DNA of 64,000 bases, taken from Candidatus Kerfeldbacteria bacterium. Its GTDB lineage: Bacteria > Patescibacteriota > Patescibacteriia > SBBC01 > CAIJZX01. Position numbers and translations under genes: made by a program. Under the pieces are notes generated by a model, which was not told the origin of the DNA, searched no databases, and saw only the letters and a program-made list of their open reading frames with translations. The stretch spans positions 756,257 through 820,256 of the forward strand of contig CAVSWO010000002.1 in NCBI GenBank assembly GCA_963731735.1, given 5' to 3'. How positions within the stretch are numbered: position 1 is the stretch's first letter; each line of letters opens with the position of its first letter. This document shows, one piece after another, positions 30,773 through 40,436 of the stretch.

Positions 30773-31417
30773 ATGCGTCAACAACAACCATCGCCAGTTA
30801 TCATTGCTCGAGCCTTTCAAACGCGACCCGAATTAGCGCGCTTTGCCAAACGCACGCACGCTCGTTACCAGCGATGGTTTAAGACCAAGCTGTCATTACC
30901 AACAATCGTTATTTTGCAACAGCGACGGCTGGTTCGTGAATTCTGGAAATCGGCGCAAGACGACTGGAAAGTCGGTTGGTATCGAAACAAGGTGATTTAC
31001 CTCCTTGATCAGTCGCTGGCAGAAAGAAGCCGAGGGGATTGGTACCGACTCCTTGGGCATGAACTCGCGCACCCGTTTATTAATTATGTGAGCGAAGGTA
31101 AGGCACCGCGATGGCTGAATGAGGGCTTAGCAAGTCGCTTAGCCGGGCAACGCCAGCACCGCGCGACACCCAAAGAAGTGGTGACGTTTTTTCGTCAACG
31201 AAAATCACCAAATAATTTGAATGTCTATGGTGTTGGTCGAGTTATGACCGATGAGGTATTGGCACGGTACGGCCGACAGAAAATCCTGCAATTTCTCAAA
31301 CAAATCGCTAAGACACGAACGATCTCTCTGGCTTTCCGTCAGACGTTTGGCCTCAGTTGGCACGACCATATGCGTGCGTACCAGACTAGGAACCACACTT
31401 CATTGTTGAATAGATAG
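30773..31417 (+). CDS. peptidase MA-like protein
   Basis: HELAH...PRWLNEGLA. Confidence 0.7.
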   Translation: MRQQQPSPVIIARAFQTRPELARFAKRTHARYQRWFKTKLSLPTIVILQQRRLVREFWKSAQDDWKVGWYRNKVIYLLDQSLAERSRGDWYRLLGHELAHPFINYVSEGKAPRWLNEGLASRLAGQRQHRATPKEVVTFFRQRKSPNNLNVYGVGRVMTDEVLARYGRQKILQFLKQIAKTRTISLAFRQTFGLSWHDHMRAYQTRNHTSLLNR

Positions 31418-31437
31418 GGCTGTAGTACAATTATCCC

Positions 31438-31866
31438 ATGGCCACCCGCGTCCTGCTGATCGAAGATGAACCCTTACTGGTTTCGCTGTATGCGACATTG
31501 CTGGCGAAAGAGGGGTATGAAGTGCTGACCGCGCTCGATCTCGAGGCCGGCGAGGAGAAAGTTGTCGTCGTTCGGCCGCATGTCATATTGCTGGACTTAT
31601 TGATACCGAATAAACAGGCGGCTGAACATGCCGAAGGCGACTATCATGAACCGCCGGGTTTTCAAATTTTACGGCTCGTTAAAGGCACCCCCTCATTGAA
31701 AGACACCCGGGTGATTGTGTTGTCCAATCTTGATTCGGATGAACACGTCCAAACAGCCAAGCATTTGGGCGCCGACGCCTACCTGGTCAAATCCAATATT
31801 GACCCGCACGATTTGAAAGCCCAAGTCGAAAAAATACTGCAAACCAATCCGACCAGTCCGGCATGA
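31438..31866 (+). CDS. single-domain response regulator
   Basis: LLIEDE, ILLDLLIP, VLSN, GADAYLVK. Confidence 0.88.
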   Translation: MATRVLLIEDEPLLVSLYATLLAKEGYEVLTALDLEAGEEKVVVVRPHVILLDLLIPNKQAAEHAEGDYHEPPGFQILRLVKGTPSLKDTRVIVLSNLDSDEHVQTAKHLGADAYLVKSNIDPHDLKAQVEKILQTNPTSPA

Positions 31867-33137
31867 TGGACCGTCCGCGGCACGTCCGTAAACATATCGT
31901 GATCGCCGGAGGCGGTTTTGCCGGTTTGGCGGCGGCTTTGGAATTGGAGCGGTTGCGCCGGTCGGACGACCACTACAACGTGACCCTGATCGAGAAAAAC
32001 AGTTACCACACCTTTCACGCGCTGCTCTACGAAGTCGCGACGGCCGCCTCGACGCCGCGCCCGGAAGACCTGGCCAAGCTTGAGGAAGGCGTGTCGATCG
32101 ATTACCGCGCGCTGACCAAACTGGAACTTAAACGGCCGGTCTCGATTGTCCAAGGAGAAATTACCGATATCCGGTTGGACTCGGGTCAGCTCGCGTTTCG
32201 CGACCAGCCGCCGATGGATTTTGATTCGATCATTTTGGCCTTGGGCAGTGAATCTAATGATTTCGGTATCCCGGGCTTGACTGAATACAGCGTCTCATTG
32301 AAAGAACTGCCGGATGCGCTGAAAATTCACGGCCGTCTGCATCAGCTGCTGGATCACTGCGACCGGCATCAGCAACCGGTCACGATGGTGGTCGGCGGGG
32401 GCGGTATTTCCGGGATTGAAACGGTCAGCGAGTTACGACACTTCGTGCTGAAACACTGTCGGGAGTCTGACTATGATGCCAGTTTGGTGCGGATCGTGTT
32501 ACTCGAAGCCGCGCCGACCATCCTGCCGGGTTTTCCGGCCTGGGTGCAACAGGCCACGCTCCATCGGCTGGAGCGCTTGGGAGTCCAGGTTAAAACCGGC
32601 CAAGCCATCACCGGCTTAACCGCCACGCAGGTCCAGCTCAAGGACGGCCAAACACTTCCGCAGGATTTGTTCATTTGGAGCGGCGGCATCAAGGCCCACC
32701 ATCTGGCGCGGAATCTGGGCGTGGAATGCGTCGGGAATAAACATCAAGTTTGCGTCGACGAGTACCTGCGGATCCCGACCCATCCGGAAGCCTACGTGAT
32801 TGGCGACTCGATGCACTTTATCGATCCGGCCACCCAGCGTCCGGTCCCGCAAGTTGCCCAGTTAGCCATCGCCCAGGGTCGGCAAGCCGCCCAGAATATT
32901 GTCCGCCAGATCCACCAACAACCATTGCAGCCGTATCGACCCGATCATGCCGGGTTTGTCTTTCCGGTCGGCGGCCGCTGGGCGATTAGTACGGTCTGGG
33001 GGATGCGTTTGACCGGCGGGTTGGCGTGGTTGGTGCGGAAACTCGTTGATTTCAAATATTACCTGAGCGTCTTGCGGTTCCGCAGCGCCTGCCGAATTTT
33101 CTTACGAGGCGAGCGGGTGTATATGGAGAATGATTAG
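31863..33137 (+). CDS. ndh: type II NADH dehydrogenase
   Basis: GGGFAG, LLYEVAT, GGGISGIE, YVIGD, QLAIAQG. Confidence 0.88.
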   Translation: MMDRPRHVRKHIVIAGGGFAGLAAALELERLRRSDDHYNVTLIEKNSYHTFHALLYEVATAASTPRPEDLAKLEEGVSIDYRALTKLELKRPVSIVQGEITDIRLDSGQLAFRDQPPMDFDSIILALGSESNDFGIPGLTEYSVSLKELPDALKIHGRLHQLLDHCDRHQQPVTMVVGGGGISGIETVSELRHFVLKHCRESDYDASLVRIVLLEAAPTILPGFPAWVQQATLHRLERLGVQVKTGQAITGLTATQVQLKDGQTLPQDLFIWSGGIKAHHLARNLGVECVGNKHQVCVDEYLRIPTHPEAYVIGDSMHFIDPATQRPVPQVAQLAIAQGRQAAQNIVRQIHQQPLQPYRPDHAGFVFPVGGRWAISTVWGMRLTGGLAWLVRKLVDFKYYLSVLRFRSACRIFLRGERVYMEND

Positions 33138-33244
33138 CGACGGCAGTTCTTCGGCCGCGATTGGCTGAACAGACATTTCGGCCGCCCAAAATTTTCGCCG
33201 TCCGGCTTTTCGCGTTTCGGTCGTATTTGTGGTATAGTTAACTC

Positions 33245-34402
33245 ATGCGGCTACGGAATGTACGGTCTGCTTCAGTCAAAAATAAACGAGTGCTGGTTCG
33301 GGTAGATATTAACGCTGAACGCGATCGACGCGGGCGGATTCGTGACACCTCGCGGATGGAAGCGTTGGTGCCGACCATCAGCTGGTTACGCCGGCATGGC
33401 GCTCGGGTGGTCTTACTGGCGCACCAAGGTCGGCCGACGGGCCGAACGCGATCGTTGTCGTTACGGCCCTACGCGCGTCCATTAGCCCGAATTCTGCACA
33501 CCCCGGTTACCTTTCTGGCCACTCCGCCGTCGGCCGCCACTACTCGAGCTGCCATCACCAAATTGCGACCCGGGCAAGTAGCCTTGCTCGAAAACTTGCG
33601 ATTTTATCCGGGCGAAGAAAAAAATCAAGCCACCTTCGTTCGACAACTGGCGGCCTTCGGCGACTTGTACGTGAACGAGGCTTTTTCGGTATCGCATCGG
33701 GCGGCTGCGTCGGTGGTCGGGCTGGCCAAGCGACTCCCAGCCTACGCCGGCCTCCGGTTACTCAAAGAAATCGCTATCCTCGAGCAATTGCGCCGACATC
33801 CGCGATCACCGTATGTCGCGGTGATTGGCGGTGCCAAAATTTCAACTAAGTTGCTCCTGATACAACAACTCGCCAAGCGCGCCGACGCGGTCGTCCTGGG
33901 CGGAGCCTTGGCCAACACCGCGCTGCAAGCCAGCGGCCAGCCGATCGGCCGATCACTGGCTGAACCGAAACTCCGGGCATCCATCCGCCGAATGCTCCAG
34001 CGTGCCTCGAACATCCGCCTGCCAGTCGACGTGGTGGTTCAGCGCGGCCGAACCAGCAAAACCGTCCAAGTCGCGGCGGTCCGGCCGGCCGACCGCATTC
34101 TGGATATTGGTCCCGGCAGTTTACGCGTCTACGCGGCGATTTTGCGTTCGGCTCGAACGATCGTTTGGAACGGCCCGCTGGGCGTCTATGAACAACCGCC
34201 GTTTGATCGCGGGACCGCGGCCATGGCTCGGGCGATTGCCCGCAGCCGGGCCCGGGCGGTGGCGGGTGGCGGAGAAACGCTGGATGCGATTCGCCGACAA
34301 CGATTGCAAAAAAAATTTTATTGGCTGTCGACCGGCGGGGGAGCGATGCTCGAATTCCTTGAGGGTCGAACCTTGCCTGGATTACAAGCCCTAACGCGTT
34401 AA
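33245..34402 (+). CDS. pgk: phosphoglycerate kinase
   Basis: VRVDIN, HQGRP, LLENLRF, GGAKISTK, WNGPLG, STGGGA. Confidence 0.95.
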   Translation: MRLRNVRSASVKNKRVLVRVDINAERDRRGRIRDTSRMEALVPTISWLRRHGARVVLLAHQGRPTGRTRSLSLRPYARPLARILHTPVTFLATPPSAATTRAAITKLRPGQVALLENLRFYPGEEKNQATFVRQLAAFGDLYVNEAFSVSHRAAASVVGLAKRLPAYAGLRLLKEIAILEQLRRHPRSPYVAVIGGAKISTKLLLIQQLAKRADAVVLGGALANTALQASGQPIGRSLAEPKLRASIRRMLQRASNIRLPVDVVVQRGRTSKTVQVAAVRPADRILDIGPGSLRVYAAILRSARTIVWNGPLGVYEQPPFDRGTAAMARAIARSRARAVAGGGETLDAIRRQRLQKKFYWLSTGGGAMLEFLEGRTLPGLQALTR

Positions 34403-34405
34403 CGT

Positions 34406-35665
34406 ATGTACATCACGCAGATTACCAGCCGACAAATTCTTGATTCACGCGGCCGACCGACCGTTGAATCGACCGTCCACCTGGATACCGGTATCTCGGC
34501 CACGGCGGCCGTACCCTCCGGCGCCTCGACCGGAACCCATGAAGCCTTGGAACTCCGCGATACCAAGTCGAAACGCTATGACGGGCTGGGCGTCCTGACG
34601 GCTGTCAAAAATGTGACCGGACCGATTGCCAAGGCCGTCAAAGATCAGGATGTTCGGCAGCAACGAGCGATTGACGAACGTATGATCAGTTTGGATGGGA
34701 CGGTCAATAAATCAAAACTCGGTGCCAACGCGATTTTGAGCGTTTCCCTGGCGGTCGCGCGGGCGGCCGCGGCCCTGGAACGGGCGCCGTTGTATGCTTG
34801 GATCCAGCAGGTCTATGATTTTCCGGCGGTCCGGGCCGACCAGTTGCCGCGGCCGATGATGAACGTCTTAAACGGCGGGCGGCACGCCGACACAGCCCTG
34901 AAAGTTCAGGAATTCTTATTGTTACCGGACGGGAAATCGACGGCCGAACAAATTGAACGCGGGGTCCGGATTTATCGGGCCTTGGGTGAACTGCTGGCCG
35001 AAAAAAAACTCCGGACCATGGTCGGCGATGAAGGCGGCTACGCGCCAGCCCTGACCGAAACCACGGTCGCGCTCGATTTTCTCGTCAAAGCTATTACCCA
35101 AGCCGGCTACCGGGCGCCGAAAGACGTGGCGCTGGGTATGGACGTGGCCGCTTCTGAATTCTTTACCCCGGCCACCGAACGCTACGCCTTCGGCCAAACC
35201 ACCGGCGGCCTGAGTGCCGACGGCATGATACAAACCTTGCGGGATTGGGTCCAAGCCTATCCGATTGAAACGTTGGAGGACGCGCTGGCCGAAGATGACT
35301 GGACTGGCTGGCAGGCTTTGACCGAGGCGCTGGGAAATCGGACGACCCTGATCGGCGATGATTTGTTCGTGACCAACGTGCACCGGTTGGAACGCGGGAT
35401 TGATGCCAACGTAGCCAACGCGATTTTGATTAAACCCAATCAAGTCGGCACCCTCACCGAGGCGATTGACGCGGTGGTCAAGGCCCAGGCGGCCCAATAC
35501 GGCGTGATCGTGTCCCATCGCTCGGGTGAAACGAATGATGACTGGATTACCGATATCGCGGTGGCGGTTGGGGCCCGGTTCCTGAAAGCCGGCGCGCCGG
35601 CTCGGGGAGAACGGGTGGCCAAATACAATCGCTTGCTGGCGATTGCCGATGCTCTACAGACATGA
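34406..35665 (+). CDS. eno: enolase
   Basis: DSRGRPT, PSGASTG, GDEGG, GDDLFVTN, SHRSGET. Confidence 0.97.
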   Translation: MYITQITSRQILDSRGRPTVESTVHLDTGISATAAVPSGASTGTHEALELRDTKSKRYDGLGVLTAVKNVTGPIAKAVKDQDVRQQRAIDERMISLDGTVNKSKLGANAILSVSLAVARAAAALERAPLYAWIQQVYDFPAVRADQLPRPMMNVLNGGRHADTALKVQEFLLLPDGKSTAEQIERGVRIYRALGELLAEKKLRTMVGDEGGYAPALTETTVALDFLVKAITQAGYRAPKDVALGMDVAASEFFTPATERYAFGQTTGGLSADGMIQTLRDWVQAYPIETLEDALAEDDWTGWQALTEALGNRTTLIGDDLFVTNVHRLERGIDANVANAILIKPNQVGTLTEAIDAVVKAQAAQYGVIVSHRSGETNDDWITDIAVAVGARFLKAGAPARGERVAKYNRLLAIADALQT

Positions 35666-37206
35666 GTGATCCGCGCCCACTGGTCATGATCATCCTGGAC
35701 GGCTGGGGCATCGCTCCGGATAGTCCGGGGAACGCGGTCACGCGGGCGAAAACCCCAACCCTGGACAGTTGGCGATCGAAGTATCCGTCGACCCAGCTCA
35801 AGGCCAGCGGCCAAGCGGTCGGCTTAAGTCCGCGCCAAGACGGCAACTCCGAAGCCGGGCATATGAACTTGGGCGCCGGTCGAGTCGTCAAACAAGATGC
35901 CGAACGGATTTCCGCCACCATCGCGGACGGTCGCTTTTTCCGGAATCCAGCCTTTCATGCCGCTATCCGGCACGTCAACAAGTATAATTCCGCCCTGCAT
36001 ATCATGGGCATGCTCGGCAGCAAGCAAAGCGCCCACGCCGACCCCGATCACTTGATGGCGCTGTTGATGTTGGCCCAGCAGGCACGGTTGCAACATGTTT
36101 GGGTGCATTTGTTTACCGATGGTCGGGATTCGCCGCGCTATTTCGCGCGTGAAATGCTGGAACGGATGCTCCCGCACTTCGGTGACGCCCGGGTCGGGAC
36201 GGTGATGGGCAGATTTTACGGCATGGATCGGAATAAAAATTGGGAACGAACGGAACTGGCGTATAACGCGCTGCGGCATGGCCAAGCCGACTATCATGTG
36301 GACGATCCCTTGGACGCCATCACCCAGGCCTACAATCGCGGCGAGAGTGATGAATTTATCAAGCCGACCATCGTCAACGGTTTTCATGGGATGCAAGAAA
36401 ATGATTCGATCATTTTCTTTAATCTGCGGTCCGATCGGGCGCGGCAAATTGCCAAAACCTTCGTGCAAACCGATTTCGAACGCCAGAACGCGGTCACCGG
36501 CGGATTTACCCGCCGCGATCCGATTCATCCGCTGTTCGTGTCGATGACCGATATTGGTCCGGACCTCGGGGATATGTTGAGCGCCTATCCGGCCGTCGAA
36601 TTGACGGAGACGCTCCCGATGGTGCTCAAGAACTTCCGCCAACTCTATATCGCCGAAAGTGAAAAATACGCCCACGTTACCTACTTTTTTAACGGCGGAT
36701 ACGCGCAGCCGGTGGCCGGCGAGCAACGGCGGATGGTGCCCTCGGCCTCAGTGCCGAATTTCGCGAACACGCCCGGCATGCAATCGCCGAAAATTGGTGA
36801 AATCATCCGGCACGGCATTCACGGGCACCAGTACGACGTCATCGTGGCTAACTTTGCCAATACCGATATGGTTGGCCATACCGGCAACCTGGCGGCCGGC
36901 ATTGCGGCGATGGAAATTACCGATAAAATTTTACGGGCGGTGGGACGCGAAGTGCTGGCGGCCAACGGCACCTTGATCGTGACGGCTGACCACGGCAACT
37001 TGGAAGAAATGCTCAATCTGCAAACCCAAGCGGTTGATACCGAGCATTCGAATAATCCGGTGCCGTTCCTGCTGATTGACCAGCAGTACCTGGGCAAAAA
37101 ACTGCGAACCGGTGGCGAGTTAGCGGACGTGGCGCCGACGATTTTGGAAATTTTGCAGGTCAAGCAACCGGACGCCATGACCGGCCGGTCATTACTTCAG
37201 GCATGA
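35662..37206 (+). CDS. gpmI: 2,3-bisphosphoglycerate-independent phosphoglycerate mutase (copy 1)
   Basis: ILDGWG, GNSEAGH, TDGRD, EKYAHVT, DMVGH, ADHGN. Confidence 0.95.
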   Translation: MSDPRPLVMIILDGWGIAPDSPGNAVTRAKTPTLDSWRSKYPSTQLKASGQAVGLSPRQDGNSEAGHMNLGAGRVVKQDAERISATIADGRFFRNPAFHAAIRHVNKYNSALHIMGMLGSKQSAHADPDHLMALLMLAQQARLQHVWVHLFTDGRDSPRYFAREMLERMLPHFGDARVGTVMGRFYGMDRNKNWERTELAYNALRHGQADYHVDDPLDAITQAYNRGESDEFIKPTIVNGFHGMQENDSIIFFNLRSDRARQIAKTFVQTDFERQNAVTGGFTRRDPIHPLFVSMTDIGPDLGDMLSAYPAVELTETLPMVLKNFRQLYIAESEKYAHVTYFFNGGYAQPVAGEQRRMVPSASVPNFANTPGMQSPKIGEIIRHGIHGHQYDVIVANFANTDMVGHTGNLAAGIAAMEITDKILRAVGREVLAANGTLIVTADHGNLEEMLNLQTQAVDTEHSNNPVPFLLIDQQYLGKKLRTGGELADVAPTILEILQVKQPDAMTGRSLLQA

Positions 37207-38798
37207 ATCAAACGCCCAAGCGACAACCGGCGGTGTTACTGATCCTCGACGGATTTGGCGTGGCGCCGCCTTCGCGCGGGAATGCGATTGCCCTGTCGAA
37301 GACGCCGAACTTGGACGGCTTTATGGAAAGCTACCCGACGGTCACGCTCCAGGCCTCCGGCGAGGCGGTTGGCTTGCCCTGGGGCGATATGGGGAATTCG
37401 GAAGTCGGGCACGTAACCCTGGGTTCCGGCAAAGTCTTGTACCAGGATTTACCGCGCATAACCCGTGCGATTGTTGATAAATCTTTTTTTACGAACCCGG
37501 CGTTCTTGGAAGCGATCGACGCGGTAAAAAAGCATCGCAGCACAATGCATCTAATCGGCATGTTCAGTTCGGCCGGTGTCCACAGTTTTGACGAACACGC
37601 CTATGCGCTGCTGGAGCTTTGCCAGCAGAAAAAAGTCTCTCGGGTCTGCGTGCACGTCATATTGGACGGCCGGGACAGTCCCTATAATAGCGGGTTGGAA
37701 TTCGTGAAAAAACTGCAGCGCAAAATGCAAACTATCGGCCTGGGCCAGATCGCCACTATTTCGGGCCGCTACTACGCCATGGACCGCGATAATCGCTGGG
37801 ATCGGACCGGCTTGGCCTACGCGGCGATGGTCGAGGGACAGGGCCCGACCAATGATGATCCGGTAGCGGCAATCACCGCTTCGTACAAAGCGGGCGTCTA
37901 CGACGAACAATTCGAGCCAACCGTCATCACCCAAAACGGCCAGCCGGTAACGACGGTCGGGGACCAGGACGCGGTCATATTTTTTAATTATCGCTCCGAC
38001 CGCGCTCGACAGTTAACCAAGGCCTTTGTCCTGCCGGGATTTGAAAAATTCCCGCGCCCAAACTACCTGAAGGATTTGGTCTTTGTGACCATGACGGAAT
38101 ATGAAAAACACTTGCCGGTCAGCGTCGCCTTTCCGCCGGAGACGGTGACCGAACCGCTGGCCAAGGTCATCAGCGATGCCGGCTTGCACCAACTCCATAT
38201 TGCGGAAACCGAAAAGTACGCGCACGTCACCTTCTTTTTTAACGGCGGGATTGAGCAACCGTTTCCGAATGAAGAGCGGATATTAATTCCCTCGCCCTCA
38301 GTCACGTCCTACGATCAGAAACCCGACATGAGCGCCCGAGTAATTACCGAGCGACTGCTGGAACAGCTCAACACTGGGAAGTTCGGATTTCTGGTTATCA
38401 ACTTTGCCAATCCCGATATGATCGGTCATACTGGAAATATTCCGGCCACCGTCAAAGCGATTGAAACGGTAGACTGGTGCCTGGGTGAAATTGTGGAAGC
38501 CGTTTTATCGATCAATGGCTTCGTGATGATCACGGCTGATCACGGCAACGCCGAAACGAAAATTGACAGTCAGACCGGCGCGGTCAATAAAGAACACTCG
38601 GCCAATCCGGTCCCGCTGGTCACCATTGCCAACGATTTACCACCCGACCTGGTGGCCCAATACCATGCGCCGATGCGCGACCTCTCCGGCCAGACCCCGG
38701 TCGGCGTACTGGCCGACGTGGCCCCGACCCTGCTGCAGATGATGGGCCTGCCGATTCCGCCCAGCATGACCGGGCGTCCAATCTTCCCAAATCTATGA
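37203..38798 (+). CDS. gpmI: 2,3-bisphosphoglycerate-independent phosphoglycerate mutase (copy 2)
   Basis: ILDGFG, GNSEVGH, DGRD, GRYYAMDRD, ADHGN. Confidence 0.95.
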   Translation: MNQTPKRQPAVLLILDGFGVAPPSRGNAIALSKTPNLDGFMESYPTVTLQASGEAVGLPWGDMGNSEVGHVTLGSGKVLYQDLPRITRAIVDKSFFTNPAFLEAIDAVKKHRSTMHLIGMFSSAGVHSFDEHAYALLELCQQKKVSRVCVHVILDGRDSPYNSGLEFVKKLQRKMQTIGLGQIATISGRYYAMDRDNRWDRTGLAYAAMVEGQGPTNDDPVAAITASYKAGVYDEQFEPTVITQNGQPVTTVGDQDAVIFFNYRSDRARQLTKAFVLPGFEKFPRPNYLKDLVFVTMTEYEKHLPVSVAFPPETVTEPLAKVISDAGLHQLHIAETEKYAHVTFFFNGGIEQPFPNEERILIPSPSVTSYDQKPDMSARVITERLLEQLNTGKFGFLVINFANPDMIGHTGNIPATVKAIETVDWCLGEIVEAVLSINGFVMITADHGNAETKIDSQTGAVNKEHSANPVPLVTIANDLPPDLVAQYHAPMRDLSGQTPVGVLADVAPTLLQMMGLPIPPSMTGRPIFPNL

Positions 38799-39358
38799 TC
38801 CAAATTCCGATTGAATTTTCAGCGCGGCACGCGCATCTCAATCAAGCCGACTGGCAAGCCTTGTTTGGCGCGGCGCCGATGACCAAGGGTCGGGAGATTT
38901 CCCAACCGCCGCAATTTGTGGCGGCCGAGCGGATTGATCTGGCCGGACCGAAAGGACAATTGCAACGAGTCGGGATTGTCGGGCCGGTGCGACCGTATAC
39001 GCAGGTTGAACTCTCAACGACTGACGCCCGCCAGCTGGGCCTCCAACCGCCCATCGCGCCGTCCGGTCATTTGGACCAGGCGGCCACCGTGACCATGATC
39101 GGTCCGGCCGGAAAAATTGAACGGGCGGCCGCGATTTTACAGCAACGCCACATTCACGCTTCGCCCGAGGCGGCGGCTCGGGCCGGCCTGACCGACGGTC
39201 AGGAAGTTTCAGTTGAAGTAGCCGGGTTGCGGGGCGGCGTATTTGATCATGTCTTGGTCCGAGTTGATCCAAGCTTTACCTGGACGATGCATATTGATAC
39301 TGATGAAGCCAACGCCTTCGGGCTAACCACCAACGCACATGGCACCATCCACCCGTAA
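38795..39358 (+). CDS. pduL: PduL-type phosphate acyltransferase
   Basis: SARHAHL, TQVELS.TD, RHIH, MHIDTDEANA. Confidence 0.9.
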   Translation: MIQIPIEFSARHAHLNQADWQALFGAAPMTKGREISQPPQFVAAERIDLAGPKGQLQRVGIVGPVRPYTQVELSTTDARQLGLQPPIAPSGHLDQAATVTMIGPAGKIERAAAILQQRHIHASPEAAARAGLTDGQEVSVEVAGLRGGVFDHVLVRVDPSFTWTMHIDTDEANAFGLTTNAHGTIHP

Positions 39359-40436
39359 CCAGTCGTCACTCCTGGTCCTGAACGCCGGTTCATCATCGCT
39401 CAAATACGCGGTGCTGGTACCGGGTCGAGTGATCGCTCGGGGCGAGATTCAACAGGTTGGCCAACGCGTGACCTTGGCCCAAGCGATTGGGAAAGTTCGG
39501 ACGACGGTTGCGGCCCGCCAGCTCGAACCGCGGGCGGTGGCACACCGGATCGTCCATGGCGGACGAACTTTTGTCAAACCCACCAAGCTGACCGCAGCGG
39601 TTCGCAAAAAACTTACCGAGCTGATTCCGTTAGCACCGTTGCATATGCCGGCTAATCTGGCCGGCCTGGCCAAAGCTCGTCGGGCTTGGCCGCGGGCGGA
39701 GCAGTGGGGCGTGTTTGATACGGCCGCCTTTCACCAGCTGCCGGACGCAGCCCGCTATTATTCCATCCCGAAACAACTGGCCGATACCCACGGAATTTAT
39801 AAATACGGATTTCATGGCATTTCCCACGCCGATGTATTTCATCGGGCGGCCAAGCGACTCGGGAGTGCGACTGCCAAACTGTCCGGGGTGACGATTCACC
39901 TCGGGTCAGGGGATAGCGTTACCGCCTGGCGGCGGGGCCGGCCGATTGATACCAGCATGGGCTTCACGCCGCTCGAAGGTTTAACCATGGCCACCCGCTC
40001 CGGTGACCTCGATCCGATGATCCCGTTATATCTGCAATCGCAGCTTGGCTGGTCGGTTCGGCAAGTCAGCGACTTACTCCAGCAACGTTCCGGCCTGTTC
40101 GGTTTAACCGGTTTGCGGGACATTCGTGATGTGCTGGGTGCGGGCGGTCATCCGGTACCGGGCTGGCCCCGCCGCCGTTGGACGGCCGGGCAACGACGGC
40201 ACGCGCGGCTGGCGTTGGCGATGTTTATCTATGATATCCAACGCTACTTGGCCAGTTACCTGGGTCTCTTGCCCCAGCCGAAGGTGATCGTCTTTACCGG
40301 CGCGGTTGGCCAGAATGCCTGGGTTCGGAGTAGCGTCCTGGGCGGAGTTCGCCGGCCTCCCGGGATAAGAATTTTGACCCTGCCGACGGATGAAGAACAC
40401 GCGATTGCTGAGCAGGTTTGGCCCATGCTACACTGA
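39339..40436 (+). CDS. ackA: acetate kinase
   Basis: LNAGSSSLK, HRIVHGG, YGFHGISH, TSMGFTPLEGL. Confidence 0.93.
   Translation: MAPSTRNQSSLLVLNAGSSSLKYAVLVPGRVIARGEIQQVGQRVTLAQAIGKVRTTVAARQLEPRAVAHRIVHGGRTFVKPTKLTAAVRKKLTELIPLAPLHMPANLAGLAKARRAWPRAEQWGVFDTAAFHQLPDAARYYSIPKQLADTHGIYKYGFHGISHADVFHRAAKRLGSATAKLSGVTIHLGSGDSVTAWRRGRPIDTSMGFTPLEGLTMATRSGDLDPMIPLYLQSQLGWSVRQVSDLLQQRSGLFGLTGLRDIRDVLGAGGHPVPGWPRRRWTAGQRRHARLALAMFIYDIQRYLASYLGLLPQPKVIVFTGAVGQNAWVRSSVLGGVRRPPGIRILTLPTDEEHAIAEQVWPMLH

Noticed and set aside
28194-31417. HExxH proteins as alpha-ketoglutarate-dependent RiPP hydroxylases
   Set aside because: The downstream NEG/E third ligand fits gluzincin peptidases better; not formally excluded
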